Positions 21,764 to 30,221 of a DNA stretch of 64,000 nt are shown one piece after another. The notes under the pieces are model-generated. The model saw only the letters and a list, made by a program, of their open reading frames with translations. It was not told the origin of the DNA and ran no database searches. The stretch comes from an uncultured Deinococcaceae bacterium (GTDB lineage: Bacteria > Deinococcota > Deinococci > Deinococcales > Deinococcaceae). The first letter of the stretch is position 1. Each line of letters opens with the position of its first letter. The DNA lies in NCBI GenBank assembly GCA_964252075.1, contig CAXULY010000003.1, positions 1 to 64,000 of the forward strand, written 5' to 3'. The translations under genes and the position numbers were made by a program.

Positions 21764-24631
21764 ATGACATCACCTTTTCTCGCGCGCCCCACGCTCAGCC
21801 TGCTGCTGAGCTGCGGGCTCATCCTGGCGGCCTGCGGTCGGGCCCCCACCCCCGCCGCTCAGGCGGACGAGGGCCCCTACGCGGGCGGCAAGAGCTACCC
21901 GTGGAGTGACCGCGTCGGCCCGTCCGTGCTGGACGGCAGCACCTCGTACCCGTGGGTGGGCGCGCACGCGCCCGCCGCGGGCATCCGTCCGCTCGCGGAC
22001 ACCAGCGACGTGTACCTGTCCGACCTCACATGGACGGCCGCCACGAACGCCTGGGGCCCCATCGAGAAGGACAGGAGCAACGGCGAGCAGGCCGCCGGGG
22101 ACGGCAAGGTCCTCACCATCGGCGGGCAGACCTACGCCAAGGGCCTCGGCATGCACGCCGCGGCCGAGGCGAGCTACGCGCTGGAGGGCAACTGCACGAC
22201 CTTCACGGCGAGCGTCGGCGTGGACGACGAGGTGGGGGACCGCGGCAGCGTGGTGTTCCAGCTGTGGAACGGCACGTCCCAGATGCTGTATGACTCCGGC
22301 GTGCTGCGCGGCGCGGACGGCCCGAAGGCCGTGAGCGTGGACGTGAAGGACGTCACGAACCTGCGGCTGGTCGTCACGAGTTCCGGCGACAGCCTCAGCT
22401 ACGACCACGCGGACTGGGGGAACGCCAAACTCACCTGCCCGAGCCGCCTGCCGAGCGGTGACAGCTTCGTGTCGGACCTCCCGTGGACCCTCGCAACGAA
22501 CAACTGGGGGCCCATCGAGAAGGACCTCAGCAACGGCGAGAAGGGCCTCGGGGACGGCAAGACCCTCACCATCGGCGGGCAGACCTTCCAGAAGGGCCTC
22601 GGCACGAACGCGCCCTCCACCGCCGCGTACGCCCTCGCGGGGCGCTGCACGGTCTTCACGGCGACCATCGGCATTGATGACGAGATCGGGAGCCGCGGCA
22701 GCTCGGTGTTCCAGGTGCTCGGGGACGGCGTGAAGCTGTACGAGAGCCCCGTGCTGCGCGGCACGGACGGCCCCCTCACGATCAGCGTGCCCGTCTCGAA
22801 CGTGAATGAGCTGCGGCTCGTCGCGACCGACGGCGGCGACGGCCCCTCCTATGACCACGCCGACTGGGCGAACGCCAAGGTGTCGTGCGTGACGGACACC
22901 ACGCCGCCCGCCACCCCCGCGAACCTCACGGCCAGCGTGAGCGGCGCGAACATCGTGCTGGACTGGGACGACAACACCGAACAGGACCTCGCGGGGTACA
23001 CGGTGTCGCGCGCGAGCGCCGAGGAAGGCCCGTACACGCTGCTCACCTCGTCCCCCATCACGGCCAGCACGTACACCGACACGACCGCCACCCTGGGCGT
23101 CCCGCAGTACTACCACGTGGAGGCCGTGGACACCAGCAGCAACGCCTCGCCGGACGCCAGCGCGAGCGCCACGCTGCCCGCGACCGGCACGCCGAAGATC
23201 GAGGTGGAGAACCTCGACGGCGGGCCGTGGAGTGACCGCCTGGTGCTCAGCCGTATCGGGAGCCTCGCGAGCCCGCCCAGCAACGGCGTGCACAACAAGG
23301 CGACCCTGCGCGTGAAGAACACCGGCACCGCCGTGCTGCGCCTCACGTCCCTGCCCATCCAGGACACCTTCGTGCTCGACACGCCCGTGACGCTCCCGCT
23401 GGACATCCAGCCGAACAGCTCGGTGGACCTCACCGTGCGGTTCGTGGCGGAGAGCACCAAGGCGCACTTCGGGAAGCTCACGCTGAACAGCAACGACCCC
23501 GCCACGCCCAGCCTGCCCGTGGTGCTCGCGGGCCTGTGGCAGTCGCAGTCGGAGAACGGTCAGGAGCCGGACATCTTCCAGATCCGCGCGGCCTTCGGCT
23601 ACAACGGCACCTTCACGGGCGGCGAGCCCAGCATCAACCAGAAGGGCCTCGTGCGCCCGCAGGGCGACGAGGTGATGGGCGGGTACTTCCAGCGCGCCGA
23701 CACCAGCCAGCCCGTCACGATCCAGCAGCTCGCCGCATACCACACGCAGGGCAACACCGCGACGCTGTCGTGGTACGCCAAGGGCAGCGGCAGCTCCACC
23801 AGCATCTTCACGCACGCCGGCATTGACGGCCAGACGGTCCTGCCGCGCCTGAGCAACCTCAGCGCGGGCCTCTCGCGCGGCAGCTTCTCGCCGAGCGCGG
23901 GCACCTTCGGCTTCAAGGTGGACGGCGAGTGGAGCGACCCCGCCAAGAACAGCCAGACGGCGGACCGCAACAACGGCTGCGGGCGGCCGTGCGGGCAGCA
24001 CCTGCGCTTCTTCACCATCAAGGACCGCGCGGGCGTGCTGATCCCCAACACGTACTACATGATCATGGATTACTCGGGGATCAACTACGACTACAACGAC
24101 GTGAACTACATCATCTCGAACATCAAGCCGGCCCCCATGCTGATCAACGTGGGCGGCGCGGGCTTCACGGACCCCAGCGGCAACGTGTGGCTGTCCGACA
24201 AGGACCAGAACGGCGACGCGATCTTCACGCCCACCGCCGCCATCAACGAGCCCACCACCGCGTACAACGGCGCCATCCAGAACACCACGAACCCCGCGCT
24301 GTACCGCACGTACCGCGGGCGCACCTCGGACCTCACGGTGCCGCAGGACCAGCGCATCATTGACTTCGAGGTGCCGCTGAACAACGGCACGTACCAGGTC
24401 AAGCTGCACTTCGCGGAGCTGAACTGGACGCAGGCGGGCAAGCGGGTGTTCGATGTGTACGCCGAGAACAACCTGGTGATCCCGAACCTCGACATCTTCC
24501 AGCAGAGCGGTGGGCGCTACACCGCGCTCGTGGAGCCGCTGACGGTGGACGTCAAGGACGGCAAGCTGTCCATCGTGCTGAAGGCCAGCGTGGACTTCCC
24601 GTCGCTGTCCGGCATCGAGATCGTGCGCTGA
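21764..24631 (+). CDS. Lipoprotein: 2x NPCBM + FN3 + Ig-like + unknown domain + malectin
   Basis: GAGGAGG RBS; lipobox ILAAC; two NPCBM sets; DTTPPATPANL...LDWDDN.E.DLAGY (FN3); C-terminal INVGG...YQVKLHFAE...RVFDV. Confidence 0.85.
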   Translation: MTSPFLARPTLSLLLSCGLILAACGRAPTPAAQADEGPYAGGKSYPWSDRVGPSVLDGSTSYPWVGAHAPAAGIRPLADTSDVYLSDLTWTAATNAWGPIEKDRSNGEQAAGDGKVLTIGGQTYAKGLGMHAAAEASYALEGNCTTFTASVGVDDEVGDRGSVVFQLWNGTSQMLYDSGVLRGADGPKAVSVDVKDVTNLRLVVTSSGDSLSYDHADWGNAKLTCPSRLPSGDSFVSDLPWTLATNNWGPIEKDLSNGEKGLGDGKTLTIGGQTFQKGLGTNAPSTAAYALAGRCTVFTATIGIDDEIGSRGSSVFQVLGDGVKLYESPVLRGTDGPLTISVPVSNVNELRLVATDGGDGPSYDHADWANAKVSCVTDTTPPATPANLTASVSGANIVLDWDDNTEQDLAGYTVSRASAEEGPYTLLTSSPITASTYTDTTATLGVPQYYHVEAVDTSSNASPDASASATLPATGTPKIEVENLDGGPWSDRLVLSRIGSLASPPSNGVHNKATLRVKNTGTAVLRLTSLPIQDTFVLDTPVTLPLDIQPNSSVDLTVRFVAESTKAHFGKLTLNSNDPATPSLPVVLAGLWQSQSENGQEPDIFQIRAAFGYNGTFTGGEPSINQKGLVRPQGDEVMGGYFQRADTSQPVTIQQLAAYHTQGNTATLSWYAKGSGSSTSIFTHAGIDGQTVLPRLSNLSAGLSRGSFSPSAGTFGFKVDGEWSDPAKNSQTADRNNGCGRPCGQHLRFFTIKDRAGVLIPNTYYMIMDYSGINYDYNDVNYIISNIKPAPMLINVGGAGFTDPSGNVWLSDKDQNGDAIFTPTAAINEPTTAYNGAIQNTTNPALYRTYRGRTSDLTVPQDQRIIDFEVPLNNGTYQVKLHFAELNWTQAGKRVFDVYAENNLVIPNLDIFQQSGGRYTALVEPLTVDVKDGKLSIVLKASVDFPSLSGIEIVR

Positions 24632-24711
24632 GGCGCGCGGCGGCCCTGACCGGGCCGCCAACCAGGGCGCCCCGGAGTGTGTTTCCGGGGCGCTTTGGTG
24701 AAAGGAGAGCC

Positions 24712-27063
24712 ATGCATTCGTCCCCTCAGCCTTTCCTGACCTCCTCCCCCGCCCGCGCGGCGCTGCTGCTGGGCGCGCTGCTGGCCCTCGCCGCCTGCTC
24801 GGGCGGCCCGCAGCGCGGCGGCGCGCCCGCCGCGGACGCCACCGCCGTTCCCTGGAGTGACCGCCTCGACCCGCCCGGCGCGGACCCCTACGCGGGCGGG
24901 CGCACGTACCCGTGGGTGGGCGCGCGCGGGCAGGCGACCACCGGGGTCCGCGCCCTGGACATCCCGGACGGCACCTACCTGTCGGACATCACGTGGACCC
25001 AGGCGACGAACAGCTACGGCCCCATCGAGAAGGACCGCAGCAACGGCAATCAGGCCGCCGGGGACGGGAAGACCCTCACCATCGGCGGGCAGACCTTCGC
25101 GAAGGGTCTGGGTGTGCACGGCCTGTCGGACGTCAGCTACGCGCTGCAGGGCAACTGCACGACCTTCACCGCGAGCGTCGGTGTGGACGACGAGGTGGGC
25201 AACCAGGGCAGCGTGGTGTTCCAGGTGTGGAACGGCACCGCCACGAAGCTCTTCGATTCCGGCACGGTGCGCGGCGCGGACGCCGTGAAGGCCGTGAGCG
25301 TGAACGTGACGGGCGTGGAGAACCTGCGCCTCGTCGTGACGAACGCCGGGGACGGCGGCAGTTACGACCACGCGGACTGGGCGAACGCGAAGCTCAGCTG
25401 CCCGGCGCGCGGCCCGAGCGGCGACACGGACCTCCCGGATCTCGTGTGGACGTCCGCCACGAACGCCTGGGGACCCGTCGAGAAGAACCTCAGCAACGGC
25501 GAGAAGGGCCTCGGGGACGGCAGAACCCTCACCATCGGCGGGCAGACCTTCGCGAAGGGCCTCGGCACGCACGCGAGCACCAGCCTCACCTACGCGCTCG
25601 GCGGCGCGTGCTCGACCTTCACGGCGAGCGTCGGCGTGGATGACGAGGTGGGGGACCGCGGCAGCGTGGTGTTCCAGGTGTTCGGGAACGGCGCGAAGCT
25701 GTACGAGAGCCCCGTGCGGCGCGGCACGGACGGCCCCCTCGCCGTCACGGTGCCCATCTCGGGCGTGAACGACCTGCGGATCGCCGCGACCGACGCGGGC
25801 GACGGCGCCTCCTACGACCACGCGGATTGGGGCGGCGCGCGCGTCACGTGCAGCACCGACACCACCGCGCCCGGTGCGCCCACGGGCGTCACCGCGACGG
25901 GCGGTGACGCGGGCGTCACCGTCCGCTGGACGGCGGGACCCGAGGGCGACCTCGCCGGGTACCGCCTGGAGCGCGCGCCCGGCGCGGGCGGGACGTACAC
26001 CAGCGCCGCGCCCGGCCTGCTGCACGGCACCGAGTACACCGACGCCTTCGCGCCCGAAGGCGAGGCCAGCACCTACCGCCTGACGGCCGTGGACGCCAGC
26101 GGGAACCGCTCCGCGCCCGCCACCGCGAACGCCGCGCGGCCCGCCGCGACCCGCACCGACCGCTTCACGTACGCCGGGATCGCCAGCCAGCCGTACGGCA
26201 TCTCGGAAGCGCAGGGGCGCGCCGTGAACGGCAAGGTGTACACCTTCGGCGGCTTCGACCCCCTCAAGTCCTGCTGCACGCCCACCGACCGCGCCTACGT
26301 GTACGACCCCGCCGCGAACACCTGGACGCCCCTCCCGAACTTCCCGCAGCGCGGCCTCACGCACGCGGGCATCGCGTCGGACGGCGCGGGCATCTACGTG
26401 GCGGGCGGGTACATCGCGAACGCCAACTGGACCTTCCAGGTGTTCGGCACGAAAGCCGTGTGGCGCTACGACATCGCCGCGCAGACGTACTCCCGCATGC
26501 CGGACCTCCCGGTGGAGCGCGCCGCCGGACAGCTGGAGTACCTGGACGGCCAGCTGCATTACTTCGGCGGCACGAACCTCGCGCGCACCCAGGACGTCGG
26601 GGATCACTACGTGCTTGACCTCGCGCACGGCGCGACCAGCTGGACGACCGCCGCACCCATGCCGAACCCCCGCCACCACATGGGTTCCGTGGTGCTGGGC
26701 GGTCTGATCTACGCCATCGGCGGGCAGCACCATCACGACGAGCAGCTCGTCACGCAGGCGACCGTGAACGCCTACAACCCCGCCACGAACACCTGGTCCA
26801 CCCTGAAGGACCTGCCGCTCGCGCGCAGCCACATGGCGAACAGCACCTTCGTGCTGGCGGGGCGCATCATCGTGGTGGGCGGCGAGAAGGCGCACCTGCA
26901 GAGCATCTCGAACGTCACGGCCTTTGATCCCGCCACGAACACCTGGACGGCCCTCACGCCCCTACCGTCCGCCCGCATGTCGGGCGTGGGCGCGCCGCTC
27001 GGGAACGGCTTCATGTTCATCGGGGGCGACAACAGCACCTCCGGCTGGCGCGCCACCCCCTGA
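24712..27063 (+). CDS. Lipoprotein: 2x NPCBM + FN3 + Kelch propeller
   Basis: ATG 24712 after AAAGGAG; lipobox ALAAC; Kelch repeats VYTFGG, IYVAGG, LHYFGG, IYAIGG, IIVVGG. Confidence 0.85.
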   Translation: MHSSPQPFLTSSPARAALLLGALLALAACSGGPQRGGAPAADATAVPWSDRLDPPGADPYAGGRTYPWVGARGQATTGVRALDIPDGTYLSDITWTQATNSYGPIEKDRSNGNQAAGDGKTLTIGGQTFAKGLGVHGLSDVSYALQGNCTTFTASVGVDDEVGNQGSVVFQVWNGTATKLFDSGTVRGADAVKAVSVNVTGVENLRLVVTNAGDGGSYDHADWANAKLSCPARGPSGDTDLPDLVWTSATNAWGPVEKNLSNGEKGLGDGRTLTIGGQTFAKGLGTHASTSLTYALGGACSTFTASVGVDDEVGDRGSVVFQVFGNGAKLYESPVRRGTDGPLAVTVPISGVNDLRIAATDAGDGASYDHADWGGARVTCSTDTTAPGAPTGVTATGGDAGVTVRWTAGPEGDLAGYRLERAPGAGGTYTSAAPGLLHGTEYTDAFAPEGEASTYRLTAVDASGNRSAPATANAARPAATRTDRFTYAGIASQPYGISEAQGRAVNGKVYTFGGFDPLKSCCTPTDRAYVYDPAANTWTPLPNFPQRGLTHAGIASDGAGIYVAGGYIANANWTFQVFGTKAVWRYDIAAQTYSRMPDLPVERAAGQLEYLDGQLHYFGGTNLARTQDVGDHYVLDLAHGATSWTTAAPMPNPRHHMGSVVLGGLIYAIGGQHHHDEQLVTQATVNAYNPATNTWSTLKDLPLARSHMANSTFVLAGRIIVVGGEKAHLQSISNVTAFDPATNTWTALTPLPSARMSGVGAPLGNGFMFIGGDNSTSGWRATP

Positions 27064-27064
27064 A

Positions 27065-27114
27065 GCGCATGGGAAGCGGGCGGCCACCACGGTGGCCGCC
27101 CACTTCCCATGCGC
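27065..27114. terminator. Long hairpin between convergent genes
   Basis: gcgcatgggaagcgggcggccacc-ac-ggtggccgcccacttcccatgcgc; a second hairpin gcgtaggggccgg..ccggcccctacgc lies at about 27183-27211. Confidence 0.7.
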
Positions 27115-27218
27115 CCCGCCGTGGGGCGCAAACGCCAGGGCGCGTCCGCGGTTTCCCATGCGGACGCGCCCCGTGTCGTGCAGCGTAGGGGCCGGTGACC
27201 CGGCCCCTACGCGGTTTC

Positions 27219-28454
27219 TCAGCGCTGGATGGGGCCGAGCTCCACGTTGGCGGCCTTGACCTTGTTCTGCCACAGCGTGAACTCGGCGGCCTCCATCTCG
27301 CGGGTGATGGGGCCGTCCATCACGCGGTTGCCGGTGCACTGGTTGCTGGTCCCAGAGCCGATCGCGCAGTTCGGGAACCACGCGGTGTTCTGCGCGGTGG
27401 GGGAACGCAGCGGCTTCGCCCAGCCCACGATGTTGTTGCGCATGACGTTGTTGAAGAAGGTGCCGTGCCGGATGTCCTTGTACATGTCCCACACGATCAG
27501 GCCGACGTTCTGCGACGCGATGGGGGTGCCGTCGGGCAGCAGGCCACTGGAGATCACGCGGTTATCGTACGCGGAGATGTCGTGCCCCGCCACGATCGCG
27601 ATGCCCTGGTTGGAGGTGCTCACGACCTGGTTCTTGAAGGCCTGGATGTACGCCACGGCGCCCGCGCGGGTGGAGGAGCCGCCGTCGCCGAGCATCATGC
27701 CGCCGCCGCCGTACTTGTCGGTCGCGGGGCGGGTGGGGTACGCGCCCTGAATGTAGTTGTCGTGAATGGAGATGCGGCTGCCGGGCGTGCCGCTCGCGCC
27801 GTACATGTTGATGACCTCCTCGACGCGGCTCTTGCCCGGCTGGTTCACGATTTCGTTCCAGGCGATCTCGGCGTTCACGAGGTTTTTGAGGTCGTTGAAC
27901 TGAACGAACTGGACGCGGTAGAAGCCGGTGTCGGAGAACTTGTCGGGGCCGTCGCTGTAGCGCCCGTCGATGTTCAGCGCGCGGTTGCGCAGGATCTTCA
28001 CGGTCTGCCCCTTGCTCGGGCTGCCGAGGAACTTGCGGAAGTACATGCCCGCCGTGCCCACCATCTCGTTGTTCTCCACCACCGCATTGCGGAACTCCTC
28101 CAGGTGCAGGAAGTACCCGGGGTGCATCCTGGAGGTCGCGGGCAGGCCCGGATTGAGCGCCTCACCGTGCACGTTGCGCACCGTGACGTCCGCCTTGTCG
28201 TAGCGGCTGCGGATGAGGGGGCCCTTGCTGCGGATGTTGGCGTTCTCGATGATCACCGGCTCGCTCGTGGCGATCTCGATGGCGGCCGTGCCCGGGTCCA
28301 TGCTCTGGAAGTTCCCGCTGTACGTCCCCCCCTTCGTGATGACAATGGGCCCCTTGTAGTCCGCGCTGGTGGTTTGCGCGGCGGCCGTCAGTGCCAGGCC
28401 GGAGGCGATCAGCAGGAGGGCAGGGCCAGCCAGAAGGGAAGTTCGTTTGTTCAT
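27219..28454 (-). CDS. Secreted right-handed beta-helix-like (pectin-lyase-fold) protein
   Basis: Signal peptide MNKRTSLLAGPALLLIASGLALTAAA from ATG 28454; Asn-ladder-like repeats (VENNEM, ILRNRA, IAWNEI, IHDNYI, AFKNQV, AYDNRV). Confidence 0.65.
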   Translation of the reverse strand: MNKRTSLLAGPALLLIASGLALTAAAQTTSADYKGPIVITKGGTYSGNFQSMDPGTAAIEIATSEPVIIENANIRSKGPLIRSRYDKADVTVRNVHGEALNPGLPATSRMHPGYFLHLEEFRNAVVENNEMVGTAGMYFRKFLGSPSKGQTVKILRNRALNIDGRYSDGPDKFSDTGFYRVQFVQFNDLKNLVNAEIAWNEIVNQPGKSRVEEVINMYGASGTPGSRISIHDNYIQGAYPTRPATDKYGGGGMMLGDGGSSTRAGAVAYIQAFKNQVVSTSNQGIAIVAGHDISAYDNRVISSGLLPDGTPIASQNVGLIVWDMYKDIRHGTFFNNVMRNNIVGWAKPLRSPTAQNTAWFPNCAIGSGTSNQCTGNRVMDGPITREMEAAEFTLWQNKVKAANVELGPIQR

Positions 28455-28555
28455 GCGCCCAGAGTGCCCAGGACAGCGTTTCAACTTCATCAATGCACCA
28501 TCTTCGGCGCTTCACGGTTCGGTAGCGCCCTGACTGGAGTGCGTGCTGGCGCATG

Positions 28556-28580
28556 AAAAAGCGCAGCCTGGGGCTGCGCT
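28556..28580 (-). terminator. Intrinsic terminator of the original tRNA-Arg gene
   Basis: agcgcagcc-loop-ggctgcgct stem, then TTTTT on the minus strand, just 3' of the tRNA CCA end. Confidence 0.75.
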
Positions 28581-28584
28581 GTGG

Positions 28585-28631
28585 TGGTGCACCCGAGTGG
28601 AATCGAACCACTGGCCTAGGGCTTAGGAGGC
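28585..28631 (-). pseudogene. 3' half of tRNA-Arg(CCT), prophage attachment site
   Basis: Minus strand reads gcCTCCTAAgccctaggccagtgGTTCGATTcCactcgggtgcaCCA: anticodon loop with CCT, T-arm and CCA. No D-arm or 5' acceptor strand upstream. Confidence 0.85.
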
Positions 28632-28904
28632 TCCATCGCAGGCTTTCCGCTTCATCCCGCAGCGTCCCAGAACATGCCGGAAGAGCGTCGGCAGCGGACA
28701 CGCACCGAAAGGAACGATGCGTGTCCGTGCCTTTCATGGAAGCTCGTCCCGACTGGTCAGGCCATCTTCAGGACCCATCCTCTGCACAGAAATGGCGAAG
28801 GGCTGCCTCAATGAGCAGCCCCACGTGCCGGTAGTGTACCCCTCAATGGGCAAAGGCCCATCCGAAGATGGGCCCCTTCCGGCCCGAGGCTACCACGCTG
28901 CCCG

Positions 28905-29066
28905 TCAGCGGTCGCGCTGGCTTGCGCCCAGAGCGGTCAGCCCGAGCAGCAGGAGCGTCATGAGGCTGTACCCGATCGGGTCATCGGCCGCCTCGGCGCG
29001 CCCGACCCACAGCAGGGCGAACACCGCCGCGAACATGGCCAGCGAGATCAGCGGGTGCGGCCTCAT
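28905..29066 (-). CDS. Small two-TM membrane protein (53 aa)
   Basis: Below the ORF-track cutoff: MRPHPLISLAMFAAVFALLWVGRAEAADDPIGYSLMTLLLLGLTALGASQRDR; followed by the hairpin ggcccatc-cgaa-gatgggcc (about 28855-28874). Confidence 0.6.
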   Translation of the reverse strand: MRPHPLISLAMFAAVFALLWVGRAEAADDPIGYSLMTLLLLGLTALGASQRDR

Positions 29067-29105
29067 GCCCTGTTGTACCCGGCGTACTCGGGGGTGGATG
29101 CGCCG

Positions 29106-29447
29106 TCACACCTGCAGGTCATTGATGATCAGGCAGGCGTCCTCGCCGTCCCAGTGCACCAGCGCGTAAGGGCACTTCAGGGCGTTGCTGTCCCCCTCCG
29201 CCTCGATCAGCAGGTGGTTCAGCAGCTGCATGGCGGCGTCCTTCGGGTCATGGTGGTCCGTCTCGGCCGTGACGTGCAGGAGCGCCAGCTGGAGCATGCG
29301 GCTGGCGGAGCGCAGGTCCGGCTTTCTGGATAGGGTGGCCAGGGTGTTCATGCGGGTCAGGGCGTTGCGAAACCTCAGTTCGCCCGGCGGTCGCTGGCCC
29401 TGGTACAGCGCCTCGACCACCGCGTGGATGTGATAGCGGCGCGTCAG
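29106..29447 (-). CDS. Hypothetical protein (113 aa), probable CTG start
   Basis: GGGAGG RBS, then CTG overlapping the HTH gene stop (CTGA); ORF track starts it at GTG 29420. Confidence 0.6.
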   Translation of the reverse strand: MTRRYHIHAVVEALYQGQRPPGELRFRNALTRMNTLATLSRKPDLRSASRMLQLALLHVTAETDHHDPKDAAMQLLNHLLIEAEGDSNALKCPYALVHWDGEDACLIINDLQV

Positions 29448-29662
29448 TGGGCGCCTCCCTTCGGGCGCGCCACGAGTTCCAAGCCGAGCGCGTCGAGGGC
29501 CCTCAGCAGGCTGGGCGGCACGCGGCCGTATTTGCCGCTCAGCACCTCACTGAAGCTGGCCTGCTTGATGCCGAGGCGCTCGGCCATCTGCTGCTGCGTG
29601 AGGCCCTGTTCGGTCATGGCGGCGCGCATGGTGGTGCGGATCTGTTCGTCGGTCGGTTCCAC
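29444..29662 (-). CDS. XRE-family helix-turn-helix regulator (72 aa)
   Basis: GLTQQQMAERLGIKQASFSEVLSGK...LLRALDALGLELV; GTG 29662 lies 6 nt after the -10 box TACAGT. Confidence 0.85.
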   Translation of the reverse strand: MEPTDEQIRTTMRAAMTEQGLTQQQMAERLGIKQASFSEVLSGKYGRVPPSLLRALDALGLELVARPKGGAH

Positions 29663-29668
29663 AGAGTC

Positions 29669-29733
29669 ACTGTAGGTGAAATACCTATATCGGTCAATCA
29701 CCTATTGACTCTTATAGGTGAATCACCTATACT
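29669..29733. promoter_or_regulatory. Divergent sigma70 promoters with three 19-bp operators
   Basis: Plus strand: TTGACT(29705-10)-17nt-TATACT(29728-33). Minus strand: TTGACC(29697-92)-17nt-TACAGT(29674-69). Operators TATAGGTGAATCACCTATA (29713-31), TATCGGTCAATCACCTATT (29688-706), TGTAGGTGAAATACCTATA (29671-89). Confidence 0.85.
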
Positions 29734-29798
29734 CTGTTCAGAGGAAAGGGCGCCCATCCCGCCAGGAACACGCGCCCAATCCAGACCCGGAGGTCCGC

Positions 29799-30221
29799 AT
29801 GAACACTACCACGAAGACCTGGAACATCACCCTCAACGCCCGCCTCGAAGGCATCCCCGTCATGACCTTCGCGCACACGGTCACCCTCACCGGCAGCCCG
29901 CGCGGCGACTTCGCCGCCGTGATCGACGGGCAACCCGCGCCCCTCGCCGAGGCCGTGCGCCTCCTTCAGTGGGCCAAGGCGGACGGCACGCTCACCGAGA
30001 TCACCGCGACCCTCCCCCAGCCGCACCCCGCGGAGCCGATCGGCAAGCGCCGCGCGCACCTCCTGCACATCGAGCTGGGCCAGCGCGGGTACGGGCGCGG
30101 CTACGAGGCCGTCAGCCGCGTGCTGGGCTACCGTATCACCTCCCTCGCCGGGCTCGTCGAAGGCGAGTACCGACGCGTCCGAGAGTGGCTGGACGGGCCC
30201 GTGAGCACGGTGGCCGCGTGA
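29799..30221 (+). CDS. Hypothetical phage protein (140 aa)
   Basis: GGAGG RBS before ATG 29799; downstream of the rightward promoter; GC3-rich codons. Confidence 0.7.
   Translation: MNTTTKTWNITLNARLEGIPVMTFAHTVTLTGSPRGDFAAVIDGQPAPLAEAVRLLQWAKADGTLTEITATLPQPHPAEPIGKRRAHLLHIELGQRGYGRGYEAVSRVLGYRITSLAGLVEGEYRRVREWLDGPVSTVAA

Noticed and set aside
390..25850. NPCBM repeats as a CRISPR array or DGR template/variable repeats
   Set aside because: The repeats are in-frame protein domains without spacer periodicity; differences are not adenine-specific by eye; no cas or reverse transcriptase gene is in the window.
21770..26895. Long minus-strand ORFs (963 and 792 aa), and similar giants at 14977-17601, 34122-37730, 43180-47382 and 52795-55761
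   Set aside because: Stop-poor antisense frames expected in high-GC3 DNA; they lie opposite well-supported genes and have no motifs.
28553..28834. Complete tRNA gene, or ORFs spanning the att site
   Set aside because: No D-arm or 5' acceptor strand is present; the overlapping ORFs have no RBS or coding-like composition.
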